This document shows, one piece after another, positions 1 to 9,291 of a stretch of DNA of 39,805 nucleotides. Location of the stretch: contig WELA01000930.1 of the NCBI GenBank assembly GCA_009602735.1, positions 62,001-101,805 on the forward strand, in the 5' to 3' direction. Numbering within the stretch: the first letter of the stretch is position 1; each line of letters starts with the position of its first letter. Made by a program: the position numbers and the translations under genes. The stretch comes from Mesotaenium endlicherianum (taxonomy: Eukaryota). A model generated the notes under the pieces. That model ran no database searches. It had not been told where the DNA came from and saw only the letters and a list, made by a program, of their open reading frames with translations.

Positions 1-8
1 CTTTGTAC

Positions 9-1181
9 ATGAAAAGCAGTGATTCAAGAAGGCTTTCCTGGATAATCGGATGCGGACTTCTTTTGGTAGCAGCTTGCCAAATGCCAGGTAAAAAAACAAC
101 AGCGCCGGTGTCAGACAGTTCCTGGGCGTTGTTAGGTTTCGAAAAACTCGATAGTGTTAATCCGGTGCTGATGCCAGGTACCGGCCGGTTCATCGATCCC
201 ATACGCCAACAACCAATCTTTTGGGAAGAAAAAGATGTATTCAATCCTGCCATTGTAGTGCGCAATGATACCGTATACATGCTCTATCGTGCGCAGGACA
301 AGATCGGATTGCCCGGTGGCACTTCTCGTATTGGATTAGCTTACAGCACCGATGCAATGCATTTTACGCGATTAGCCACACCGGTACTGTATCCAGATAA
401 AGATGCCTATCAACAATATGAATGGGAAGGCGGCTGCGAAGATCCCAGGATCATAGAAGATGATAAAGGCATCTACTATATGACGTACACTGCTTTCGAT
501 GGTAAAACAGCCAGGTTAATGGTCGCGGTTTCAAATGATTTGCTGCATTGGACCAAACAGGGACCGGCTTTTGCAACCGCTTATGAGGGCAGGTACCTGA
601 ATGCATGGTCGAAATCGGGATCCATTGTATCACGGTACACAAAAGGAAAGATCATCGCAACAAAGATTCATGGTAAATATTGGATGTATTGGGGCGATAA
701 ATTCATTTATGCAGCTACTTCAGATGACCTGATTCACTGGACTCCTATTGAAATGGCTGCCGGTGAACAACCTTCGGCTCCTTTAAAGGGAGAAGCGAAA
801 CAAACGCCACGGTTAAAAATTGTGGTGGCTACACGCGATGGTAAATTCGACTGCGATCTTGTAGAATCCGGCCCACCTGCCATGCTTACAGACAGCGGCA
901 TTTTGCTGATCTATAACAGCCGCAATATTCCTGCCATCGGCGATACGAGTTTGCCTGAAGGCACTTATGCAGCAGGACAGGCATTACTAAATAAAGACAA
1001 CCCTTTGCAATTGAACAAAAGGTTGTCGCATCATTTCATGCACCCCGATAAACCTTATGAAATCAATGGCCAGGTAAACCGGGTATGTTTTTTAGAGGGA
1101 TTGGCTCAATTCCATAACCAGTGGTTTTTGTATTATGGCACAGCCGATTCCAAAATAGCAGTAGCGAGGTCCGGTTATTAA
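9..1181 (+). CDS. GH130-family glycosidase (beta-mannoside-active), predicted lipoprotein
   Basis: GH130 motifs FNPA, YRAQD, GGCEDPR and YYGTADS. Signal peptide ends in the lipobox LVAAC. ATG at 9 preferred over TTG at 3. Confidence 0.85.
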   Translation: MKSSDSRRLSWIIGCGLLLVAACQMPGKKTTAPVSDSSWALLGFEKLDSVNPVLMPGTGRFIDPIRQQPIFWEEKDVFNPAIVVRNDTVYMLYRAQDKIGLPGGTSRIGLAYSTDAMHFTRLATPVLYPDKDAYQQYEWEGGCEDPRIIEDDKGIYYMTYTAFDGKTARLMVAVSNDLLHWTKQGPAFATAYEGRYLNAWSKSGSIVSRYTKGKIIATKIHGKYWMYWGDKFIYAATSDDLIHWTPIEMAAGEQPSAPLKGEAKQTPRLKIVVATRDGKFDCDLVESGPPAMLTDSGILLIYNSRNIPAIGDTSLPEGTYAAGQALLNKDNPLQLNKRLSHHFMHPDKPYEINGQVNRVCFLEGLAQFHNQWFLYYGTADSKIAVARSGY

Positions 1182-1203
1182 TTGTGCACGTAATTCCTAT
1201 GCA

Positions 1204-2370
1204 TCAGCATTTTTCCAATGCCTGCAAAATATCCTCGAGGATATCGTCTTTGTGCTCAAGGCCAACGCTGATGCGGATCAGTCCGGGCGTAATATTCACG
1301 GCCTGTCTTTCTTCTTCGCTAAGCTTGGCATGCGTGGTGCTCGCAGGATGTGAAGCAATGCTGCGTGTATCGCCGAGGTTGGCAGTCAATGATAAAATAT
1401 CGAGCGCATCAAGGAACTTGCGGCCTGCTTCAATGCCTCCTTTTAGTTCAAAACAGACGATCCCGCCTCCGTTCTGCATTTGTTTTACAGCAATTGCATG
1501 CTGCGGATGACTTTTGAGGAAAGGATATTTGAGCCAGCTTAGCTTCGGATGTTTCTCCAGCTTTTCTGCGATATAGTGTGCATTGGCTGCATGACGTTCC
1601 ATGCGCACTTCGAGCGTTTCCATGCTGCGGCTCAATACCCATGCATTGAAAGGAGAGAGGGCGGGGCCGGTACTGCGGCAAAAAAGATAAATATCCTTGA
1701 TCAGATCTTTGCGGCCAACTACCACACCACCCAAAACGCGTCCCTGTCCGTCGAGCCACTTGGTGGCGGAATGCACCACAAGATCAGCGCCATAGGCAAT
1801 GGGCTGTTGAGCCACCGGGGTAGCGAAGCAATTATCCACGTTCAGGATGATCTTGTGCTTTTTAGCCAATTTGCCGATCATTTCCAGGTCCAGTATGTCA
1901 AGCCCCGGGTTGGTGGGCGTTTCAAGGTAGATCATCTTTGTATTGGGCCGGATGGCAGCTTCCCATTCGGCTTCCGTGGCCGTGGCGCTCACATAACTAT
2001 GTTCGATGCCGAATTTAGGCAGGTATTTGGCAATCACCGTATGGGTACTGCCGAAAATGGCATTGCATGACAGGAGATGGTCGCCCTGCTTCATCAAAGC
2101 CATGAAAGAACCAAACACCGCGCTCATGCCCGATGCAGTGGCAAAGCCGGCTTCAGCGCCTTCCAGAACACAGACCCTGTCGGTAAACTCCTGTACACTG
2201 GGGTTGCTGAAACGACTGTAAATATTGTCGTCCGTTTCATCGGCAAAAGCAGCCCGCATCTCTTCTGCATTATCAAATGAAAAGCTACTGGTAAGGAACA
2301 CAGGGGAGGAATGTTCCATTTCATCTGTCTGGTCAACACGGGTGCGGATGGCTTTGGTTTGAGGCCTCAT
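1204..2370 (-). CDS. metZ: O-acylhomoserine sulfhydrylase / trans-sulfuration PLP enzyme
   Basis: YSRFSNP, ASGMSA, ETPTNP, DNCFATP, HSATKW (PLP lysine) and LIRISVGLE motifs. Divergent from metX. Start placed at MRPQTK (2370). Confidence 0.8.
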   Translation of the reverse strand: MRPQTKAIRTRVDQTDEMEHSSPVFLTSSFSFDNAEEMRAAFADETDDNIYSRFSNPSVQEFTDRVCVLEGAEAGFATASGMSAVFGSFMALMKQGDHLLSCNAIFGSTHTVIAKYLPKFGIEHSYVSATATEAEWEAAIRPNTKMIYLETPTNPGLDILDLEMIGKLAKKHKIILNVDNCFATPVAQQPIAYGADLVVHSATKWLDGQGRVLGGVVVGRKDLIKDIYLFCRSTGPALSPFNAWVLSRSMETLEVRMERHAANAHYIAEKLEKHPKLSWLKYPFLKSHPQHAIAVKQMQNGGGIVCFELKGGIEAGRKFLDALDILSLTANLGDTRSIASHPASTTHAKLSEEERQAVNITPGLIRISVGLEHKDDILEDILQALEKC

Positions 2371-2447
2371 GGGACGATTTTTGAAATATTTATGCAAATG
2401 TAACTCAACCATGCCCTTATTTTGCGTTGAAATGCGGAATTATCAGT

Positions 2448-3464
2448 ATGAATGTGTTTAACTACCCCCAGCCCTTTACGCTCGAAAATGGAGTCGTTTT
2501 ACCCGAATTGCAAATTGCTTACCACACGTATGGCAAGCTGAATGCCGATGGAAGCAATGTGGTATGGGTTTGTCATGCACTGACGGCTAATTCCGATTGC
2601 GTCGATTGGTGGAAGGGATTGATAGGCCCTTCCTGCCTGATCAACCCCGAGGAATACTTTATTGTTTGTGCCAATATATTGGGCTCCTGCTATGGAACCA
2701 CCGGCCCAACAAGCATCAACCCCAAAACCGGGGCGCCTTATTATTCCGATTTTCCTACCGTTACCATCCGCGATATGGTAAAAGCCCACATTCTGCTGCG
2801 CGAAGCCCTGGGCATTGAAAAGATCGGTTTACTGATGGGCGGCAGCATGGGAGGTTACCAGGTGTTGGAATGGTGTATGATGGAACCCGGCAGGATCGAA
2901 AAATCCTTTCTGATTGCCACATCGCCTTCTGAAAGTGCCTGGGGAGTGGCAGTACATACAGCGCAACGGCTGGCGATAGAAGCCGATAATACCTGGCGCA
3001 ACCACGATGCGCATGCAGGTGCACAGGGACTCAAAGCCGCAAGGGCCATCGGCATGCTCACTTACCGCAACTATGGTATTTTTCAGGATACACAGACGGA
3101 CCCCGACCCGGAGAAGATCGATCATTTCAGGGCTTCTTCCTATATCCAATACCAGGGCGAAAAACTGGTGAAACGGTTCAATGCGTTCAGTTACTGGTTG
3201 CTGACGAAATCGATGGACAGTCACCACCTGGCCAGGGGAAGGGGTGGCGATCTGATCGGCACATTGAATACCATTCAACAACCAACATTGATCATTGGTA
3301 TCGATAGTGATATACTTTGTCCGTTGGCAGAGCAAAGATTCATGGCCGAACACATTCCGCATGCATCATTGATAGAGATCGGTTCTTCTTACGGACATGA
3401 TGGCTTTATTATTGAAGCGAAGCAGATCACGGAGCATTTAAGTCATTGGTTGAAGAGTTGTTAG
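2448..3464 (+). CDS. metX: homoserine O-acetyltransferase (alpha/beta hydrolase)
   Basis: CHALT, GSCYGTTGP, GGSMGG nucleophile elbow and GHDGF. ATG at 2448. Confidence 0.9.
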   Translation: MNVFNYPQPFTLENGVVLPELQIAYHTYGKLNADGSNVVWVCHALTANSDCVDWWKGLIGPSCLINPEEYFIVCANILGSCYGTTGPTSINPKTGAPYYSDFPTVTIRDMVKAHILLREALGIEKIGLLMGGSMGGYQVLEWCMMEPGRIEKSFLIATSPSESAWGVAVHTAQRLAIEADNTWRNHDAHAGAQGLKAARAIGMLTYRNYGIFQDTQTDPDPEKIDHFRASSYIQYQGEKLVKRFNAFSYWLLTKSMDSHHLARGRGGDLIGTLNTIQQPTLIIGIDSDILCPLAEQRFMAEHIPHASLIEIGSSYGHDGFIIEAKQITEHLSHWLKSC

Positions 3465-3526
3465 ATGTCAGTTGTTAGATGTCAGATCGTAAGCAAAAGA
3501 ATTCTAACAACTGACATCTAACAACT
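3456..3526. repeat. heptamer-built inverted repeat, copy 1 (24-bp perfect arms)
   Basis: 3456-3479 AGTTGTTAGATGTCAGTTGTTAGA is the exact reverse complement of 3503-3526. Arms are made of AGTTGTT/AGATGTC 7-mers. Confidence 0.9.
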
Positions 3527-3556
3527 AATTTAAGTAGCTTTACAAAAAACGATTTC

Positions 3557-3736
3557 ATGGGCATCTTGCGGCAGCTGGCAGAATACCTCTATATCAAGAA
3601 AAGAGACCCGAAAGAACCACTCACCAAGTGGATGAAATACATGCATGGCATGAACCGTATATCGCTCATCATGTTCATCATAGTGCTGATCATTGCTATT
3701 TTCAAACTCCTGATCTTACCGCTACTGCGACACTAG
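3557..3736 (+). CDS. small membrane protein, DUF6728-like (59 aa, below the ORF-track cutoff)
   Basis: Translates to MGILRQLAEYLYIKKRDPKEPLTKWMKYMHGMNRISLIMFIIVLIIAIFKLLILPLLRH*, with an MHGxNRIS motif then a TM helix. A -7-like TAGCTTTA lies at 3535-3542. Confidence 0.75.
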   Translation: MGILRQLAEYLYIKKRDPKEPLTKWMKYMHGMNRISLIMFIIVLIIAIFKLLILPLLRH

Positions 3737-4834
3737 GGCAAACTGATGAATGATAGTAGCTGCTTGTTCTGAGGCATTGCCTCCTTCAGATAGTATGGCT
3801 TTCAGCCTGGCATAATCTTCTTTTAATATTTGCAGATGCCGTTCATCGGTCAGCAGCAGGCGAAGTTCGCGGATGAGGTTCGGAACCGTGAGATCATCCT
3901 GTATGAGTTCTGTCACTATGGGCTTATCCATGATAAGGTTCACCAGTGAAATGTATTTTATTTTGATCAACCGTTTGGCGATCTGGTAACTGATATTGCT
4001 TCCTTTGTAACAAACCACTTCGGGCACACCGAAGAGTGCGGTTTCTAAAGTAGCTGTGCCGCTGGTAACCAGCGCGGCACGGGCCTGCAACAACAAAGAA
4101 TAGGTTTCGTTGCGAACAACCGATACATTCGAATAGGGAGCCAGGAAGGGGGCGTAAAAACTTTCATCCTGTCCGGGCGCCTGCGCTACTACAAACTGAT
4201 AATCGGGAAAATGAGCCGCCACTTCCAGCATAATGGGCAGCTTCTTACCAATCTCCTGTTTGCGGCTTCCGGGCAACAAAGCAATGATCTTTTTTTCGCT
4301 GCTGTGTTCACCGCGGGACGTAATGGCCTGGTTCACCACTTCCACCAATGGATGGCCTACATAATCTACTTCCCAGTTCCATTTCGTACGGTAATAATCT
4401 TTTTCAAAGGGGAGGATGCAAAGCATTTTGTCGATGCTTTGTTTCATCTTTTTCACCCTGTTCTCTTTCCATGCCCATACCTGTGGCGAGATATAATACA
4501 CCACTTTGAACCCTTGCTTTTTAGCCCAATGCGCAATGCGCAGGTTGAAGCCGGGATAATCGATGAGTACCAACACATCGGGACGATAGGCGAGGATATC
4601 CTGTTTGCAGAACCGGATATTACCCAGGATAGTAGGCAAGTTCATGATTACTTCCGCAAAACCCATGAATGCCAGGTCGCGGTAATGCTTTACCAGTGTG
4701 GCTCCTGCAGCTTGCATGAGATCGCCTCCCCAACAACGGATACCGGCCGAAGCATCTTTTTGCAATAATTGTTTGATGAGGTTGCCGCCGTGCAAATCGC
4801 CGCTGGCTTCTCCTGCAATAAGATAGTATTTCAT
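3722..4834 (-). CDS. lpxB: lipid-A-disaccharide synthase
   Basis: AGEASGD, IDYPGFN, SPQVWAW, LLPGSR and SGTATLE motifs. Start at MKYYLIAG (4834). Confidence 0.95.
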   Translation of the reverse strand: MKYYLIAGEASGDLHGGNLIKQLLQKDASAGIRCWGGDLMQAAGATLVKHYRDLAFMGFAEVIMNLPTILGNIRFCKQDILAYRPDVLVLIDYPGFNLRIAHWAKKQGFKVVYYISPQVWAWKENRVKKMKQSIDKMLCILPFEKDYYRTKWNWEVDYVGHPLVEVVNQAITSRGEHSSEKKIIALLPGSRKQEIGKKLPIMLEVAAHFPDYQFVVAQAPGQDESFYAPFLAPYSNVSVVRNETYSLLLQARAALVTSGTATLETALFGVPEVVCYKGSNISYQIAKRLIKIKYISLVNLIMDKPIVTELIQDDLTVPNLIRELRLLLTDERHLQILKEDYARLKAILSEGGNASEQAATIIHQFALVSQ

Positions 4835-4909
4835 CGGGCTGCAAAATACCGCTTTCAAAAGATTGTGTGAGACTGTTTTTGCCGGGAATAAATGTTAACG
4901 GACTTTTAA

Positions 4910-4954
4910 AACTAAAAAAATAGTTGTTTAACTAAATAAATAGTTTTATGTTTG
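4910..4954 (+). promoter_or_regulatory. twin BlaI-type operators AACTA-N6-TAGTT and Bacteroidota -7 promoter box
   Basis: Palindromes at 4910-4925 and 4930-4945, and TATGTTTG (TAnnTTTG) at 4947-4954, directly upstream of the BlaI-family gene. Confidence 0.75.
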
Positions 4955-4977
4955 AATTCAATTAACACATCCCCCTA

Positions 4978-5340
4978 ATGAGATCCTTAACAAAAGCAGA
5001 AGAGCAGATCATGCAGAGTATCTGGCGGCTCAACAAAGCATTCCTCAAAGACATTGTGGAAGCACAGCCGGAACCACGGCCTCATTCCAATACGGTGGCC
5101 ACCATTGTGAAAATACTGGTTGATAAAGGCTTTGTAGGTATTACGCCTATTGGCAGGGTACACCAGTATTATCCGCTGGTATCGAAAGAGGAGTACTCAT
5201 CCAGTTATATCCGTAACATGGTAGAGGGCTACTTCGAAGGTTCTTTCAGCAACGCTGTTTCTTTTATGTTGAAACAGAAAGATATCAGCGTGAAAGAACT
5301 GGAATTACTGCTGCAACAGCTCAAAAATAAAAAATCATAA
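4978..5340 (+). CDS. BlaI/MecI/CopY family transcriptional repressor
   Basis: LTKAEEQIM...NTVATIVKILVDKGFV...YYPLVSKEEY...FEGS pattern. Directly precedes an M56 peptidase. Confidence 0.92.
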   Translation: MRSLTKAEEQIMQSIWRLNKAFLKDIVEAQPEPRPHSNTVATIVKILVDKGFVGITPIGRVHQYYPLVSKEEYSSSYIRNMVEGYFEGSFSNAVSFMLKQKDISVKELELLLQQLKNKKS

Positions 5341-5351
5341 AACCCTTTGCC

Positions 5352-7481
5352 ATGCTTTCTATTGCTTATTATTTCCTGCAAGTGATCGTATGCAGCGCTG
5401 TTATGATGGGATATTACTGGCTGGTACTGCGTAATAAACGGTTTCACCAGTACAACCGTTTTTATTTGCTGGCCGTAGCGCTTTTATCCTGGACGGTTCC
5501 GCTGATCAAAATACAATGGAACAGGCCGCAGGCCAGTAACCAGGATATGATGCGATGGTTGTATGTGGTAGCCGATAGCAATTCCGAAATGGAAGAAACG
5601 ATACAGCATAAAGGCTTTCTGTGGAACTGGGATACGGTGGCAGCAACACTCTATGTTGCAGTGGCAGGACTTATCCTGCTGTTCACCATCAAAACCCTGA
5701 TACGTTTGTATCGCTTGCTGAAAATGCATTCCTGTCGCAATGTAGAAGATGTTTATCTCATCATTACCCGTGCCAAGGGCACTCCTTTTTCTTTCTTCCG
5801 GTATATTTTCTGGAATGAAGCCATTGACCTGTACAGCGAATCAGGTAAACAGATATTGCAACATGAATTAACACATGTGCGCCAAAAACATTCGATAGAT
5901 AAACTGTTGATGCAATTGGTATTGGTGCTGGGATGGTTTAACCCTTTTTTCTGGTTGTTGCGACGAGAAATGGATATGATCCATGAATTCATTGCCGATA
6001 AGAAAGCCGTTGTGAACGGCGATACTGCCTCACTGGCGCAGATGCTACTTACAGCAGCTTACCCGCAACAACATTTTGCACTCACTAATCCATTCTTTTT
6101 TTCACCCATTAAAAGGAGGTTACAAATGCTCACCAACAACAAAAATCCGAGGTTTACCTATGTAAGAAGGCTGGTGGTACTGCCGCTGCTGGCTGTTGTA
6201 GTAATGCTCTTTGCTTTTCGTAACAAAGAAAGACGCCAACCCATATCGGTGGGAACCGTGATGGAAACTGTGATGAACAACATCGTAAATGATGCCGCTG
6301 CCGGTCAGCAGGAAGCAGTTTCAAACGCAGTGTATAAATTGGATAAACAATACACAGTGGTTATCGATGCAGGGCATGGCGGACAAGACCGTGGCGCTGT
6401 AGGTGTGGACGGATCCATTGAAAAAGACATTGCGTTGGAGCTGGCGCAAAAAATTAAATCCATGAATAGCAATGATCGTGTTAAGATCGTGCTCACCAGG
6501 GAGAGCGATTTTTTTCAGCCGGTAACAGAAAAAGCGCAACTGGCGAATGCGCAACATCCTGATCTTTTCATTTCACTGCACTGCGATAACACAGCTTCCA
6601 CTTCAACCCAAGGCATCGAACTGTTCATTGCCAGTAAAGAAAAAGCGAAGGACTACCAGGCGAATTACAGGCTGGCCAATTATATGGCGTCTTCACTCGA
6701 GGGAGTGAACAAATTCCGCGGCATACAATCCAGCCGCAAGGGCATCTGGGTATTGCAGGAAGTGAATTGCCCTTCTGTATTGATAGAAGCAGGGTTCATG
6801 TCCAACCCATCTGATATGTCCAATCTGAAGAGCACTGCTTACCAGCAGAAAATGGCCGGCGCTATATTGACCGGTATCCAGCAATATTTATCGGCTCATG
6901 AAAATCAAACCACCTTCATTCCGGTAGATACTACCATAGAAGTGAAAGTAAAAGATACGGCTGCTCATCCTTTGTTTGTAGTTGACGGAGAAAAAATGGG
7001 TCGGAAGGGTTTGAAAGAATTAAAACTGGATCCAAATGATATTGACAATATTAGTGTTTTAAAAGATGAGGCCGCCTTTAAAAAGTATGGCGAGGAAGGC
7101 AAAAACGGAGTTGTAGAGATCACCACTAAAAAGCAAGTAGCTGACTCTACAACGACAAAGCAGCATAGTAAAGCTGATCTGATGATGAAAAAATTGAATG
7201 AGCTGAAAAAAGATAATGAGAAATCTTATTTCGAGATTGATGGTAAATCCGTCATCACTACCAAAAGCGGGCAGACGGTTTGGATAGAAGGTGTCACAGA
7301 CCTGGTATTGGTAGACGGAAAGCGGGTGAGTGTTGACGAACTTAACACATCATACAAGCGAAATGATTTTGTTGAGGCCGCTGGAAACGATTATTCAAAA
7401 AAATACCACAAAGGAATATTGTTACTATCCACACGCACACATTCAATTAAAGAAATACAAAAAATGCTGGCAGTAAACTAA
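5352..7481 (+). CDS. BlaR1-like M56 metallopeptidase fused to N-acetylmuramoyl-L-alanine amidase (Amidase_3) and TonB-plug-like domain(s)
   Basis: N-terminal TM helices with HELTH, WFNPFFW and HEFIAD (M56). IDAGHGG...EKD...SLH...IEAGF (Amidase_3). PLFVVDG...DIDNISVLKD...YGEEGKNGVVEITTKK (plug-like). Confidence 0.88.
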   Translation: MLSIAYYFLQVIVCSAVMMGYYWLVLRNKRFHQYNRFYLLAVALLSWTVPLIKIQWNRPQASNQDMMRWLYVVADSNSEMEETIQHKGFLWNWDTVAATLYVAVAGLILLFTIKTLIRLYRLLKMHSCRNVEDVYLIITRAKGTPFSFFRYIFWNEAIDLYSESGKQILQHELTHVRQKHSIDKLLMQLVLVLGWFNPFFWLLRREMDMIHEFIADKKAVVNGDTASLAQMLLTAAYPQQHFALTNPFFFSPIKRRLQMLTNNKNPRFTYVRRLVVLPLLAVVVMLFAFRNKERRQPISVGTVMETVMNNIVNDAAAGQQEAVSNAVYKLDKQYTVVIDAGHGGQDRGAVGVDGSIEKDIALELAQKIKSMNSNDRVKIVLTRESDFFQPVTEKAQLANAQHPDLFISLHCDNTASTSTQGIELFIASKEKAKDYQANYRLANYMASSLEGVNKFRGIQSSRKGIWVLQEVNCPSVLIEAGFMSNPSDMSNLKSTAYQQKMAGAILTGIQQYLSAHENQTTFIPVDTTIEVKVKDTAAHPLFVVDGEKMGRKGLKELKLDPNDIDNISVLKDEAAFKKYGEEGKNGVVEITTKKQVADSTTTKQHSKADLMMKKLNELKKDNEKSYFEIDGKSVITTKSGQTVWIEGVTDLVLVDGKRVSVDELNTSYKRNDFVEAAGNDYSKKYHKGILLLSTRTHSIKEIQKMLAVN

Positions 7482-7497
7482 ACTGCTGATCATTCGA

Positions 7498-9240
7498 TTA
7501 TTTTTTCTTCTTTCGCTTCTTTGAAGGATGGTATATTTCAATAGCTTGTTTGATAAGTTGCAATAGTTCCTCTTGCTGAATATTAGCAGGATCAACAACA
7601 GGTTCAGCGAATGCCAGCACTTTCTCTAAAGTGAGGTCTTTTGTATAAGGAGAACCTTTCAATACAGCGCCGAACATGCTTACTGCCGCAGCGAATTGGT
7701 AAGCATGTTCGGCTTTTTCAATTGCTATGGGTTGATTAGATGCTGTAAATGCATGATGCATAAAAGATGCGCTGTCGGGAAGCTGGTAGCGCAAATCAAT
7801 GGAGGCCAGGTTTTCCGTTGATGAATGAGTAGTTGCCGGTTCTATTTCAAACAAAGCCATCAGGGCATGCCCACTGCCGATTTCTCCACCTTCCAATTCA
7901 CGGGTACTGTCGTTCAAAGCGGTTCTCTTGTTGTCAAAGCCAATCAGGCGGTAGGTTTTGACAAGGTTGGGATTGAAGCGAACGATAACCGTTGCATTGT
8001 TGGCAACAGCATATAATGTTTGTGTGAATTCAGTTACCAATACTTTTTGTGCTTCGCCTAAATGATCCAGATAAGCAAAATTGCCATTGCCTTTTTTAGC
8101 CAGCACTTCCAGCTTGCTGTCTTTATAATTGCCCATGCCTACTCCCAGGCAAGTAAGGTAAATACCGCTTTTGCGATATTGAACAATCAGGTCTTCCAGC
8201 TCTTTTTCCGATGATTGTCCCACATTGAAATCCCCATCGGTAGCCAGTATCACCCTATTGTTGCCATTGCGCATATAAGTGTGCGAAGCCAATGCATAAG
8301 CCTGCTGGATGGCTCCGGCGCCCGGTGTATCACCCGCAGCACTCAGCGAATCGATGACTGCTTTGATCTTTTTCTTTTCAGCGCCTCCTGTTGGCGCCAA
8401 TGCAATGCGCACATTGCCGCCGTAAGTCATGATACTGATGGTATCCTGCGGACGTAAATTATCTGCCAGTAACTTGAATGCCGACTGCAGCAAGGGGAGC
8501 CGGTTGGGCTTATCCATCGAGCCAGACACATCGATCAAAAAAACAAGATTGGAAGGAGGCACACTGTCAAGTTGCAATTGCGGTGCATGAATATGAAGGT
8601 ACAGCAGTTGATGTTCCTGCTGCCAGGGGCAGGATGTAACGGTTGTCTGGCAGGTAAAGGCACGGGAATTTTCAGCAGCAGGGTAACTGAAATAATTGAG
8701 CATTTCTTCAATGCGGATCGCATGCACAGGCACCCGCATATTATTGTGAATGAAACGACGGATATTACTATAAGAAGCTTTGTCGATGTTCAGTGCAAAA
8801 CCTGTTTCCGGATATTGCGATGCCTGAATAAAACGGTTTTCCATAATGTCGCTGTAGCTCTCGCCCATTACAGAAGCAGGTACAACTGGTTCTGTTTGGA
8901 GATGGTTGGTGAGAGAGCTGAGCCTGGCCCTGTAAAAATTTGCCAACTCAGGCTGCATTTTCAAAACAAAGAACTGGGGCTTCCTGGTATCGATGGCAGT
9001 ACGCAGGGTATCATAACCTTCGTAAGACAATGTGATGGTATCAATGAGCCTGGAAGAAGGGATGCCAAAGCTGCCCAGGTTGCCGGTATAATATGGATAA
9101 GTGCCGGTGCTTGCCAATTGTATGCGTACGCCCTGTAATAAACGCCCCTGCTCATCCTTCACTTCTCCACGCAGGTAATTCTGCCCCATGAGCAGGCAGG
9201 GAAGTAAACAAGCAAGTAATAACCAGGCGACAGCTTTCAT
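7498..9240 (-). CDS. exported vWA-domain protein (YfbK/DUF3520-like) with N-terminal CarboxypepD_reg-like domain
   Basis: DKASYSNIRRF, RIEEMLNYF, MIDAS DVSGSM, ATDGDFNVG and YRLIGFDN motifs. Signal peptide present. Confidence 0.85.
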   Translation of the reverse strand: MKAVAWLLLACLLPCLLMGQNYLRGEVKDEQGRLLQGVRIQLASTGTYPYYTGNLGSFGIPSSRLIDTITLSYEGYDTLRTAIDTRKPQFFVLKMQPELANFYRARLSSLTNHLQTEPVVPASVMGESYSDIMENRFIQASQYPETGFALNIDKASYSNIRRFIHNNMRVPVHAIRIEEMLNYFSYPAAENSRAFTCQTTVTSCPWQQEHQLLYLHIHAPQLQLDSVPPSNLVFLIDVSGSMDKPNRLPLLQSAFKLLADNLRPQDTISIMTYGGNVRIALAPTGGAEKKKIKAVIDSLSAAGDTPGAGAIQQAYALASHTYMRNGNNRVILATDGDFNVGQSSEKELEDLIVQYRKSGIYLTCLGVGMGNYKDSKLEVLAKKGNGNFAYLDHLGEAQKVLVTEFTQTLYAVANNATVIVRFNPNLVKTYRLIGFDNKRTALNDSTRELEGGEIGSGHALMALFEIEPATTHSSTENLASIDLRYQLPDSASFMHHAFTASNQPIAIEKAEHAYQFAAAVSMFGAVLKGSPYTKDLTLEKVLAFAEPVVDPANIQQEELLQLIKQAIEIYHPSKKRKKKK

Positions 9241-9291
9241 CTGTATGCATGGATTTACTACAATTTACTGAAAAAAGCGCGTATTTACACG

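Noticed and set aside
3456..3526. Heptamer repeats as a CRISPR array
   Set aside because: Arms are inverted rather than direct repeats with unique spacers, and no cas genes are present.
7498..9240. vWA protein as part of a defence or MoxR system
   Set aside because: It is a common exported YfbK-like architecture with no AAA+ ATPase, kinase or phosphatase partners nearby.
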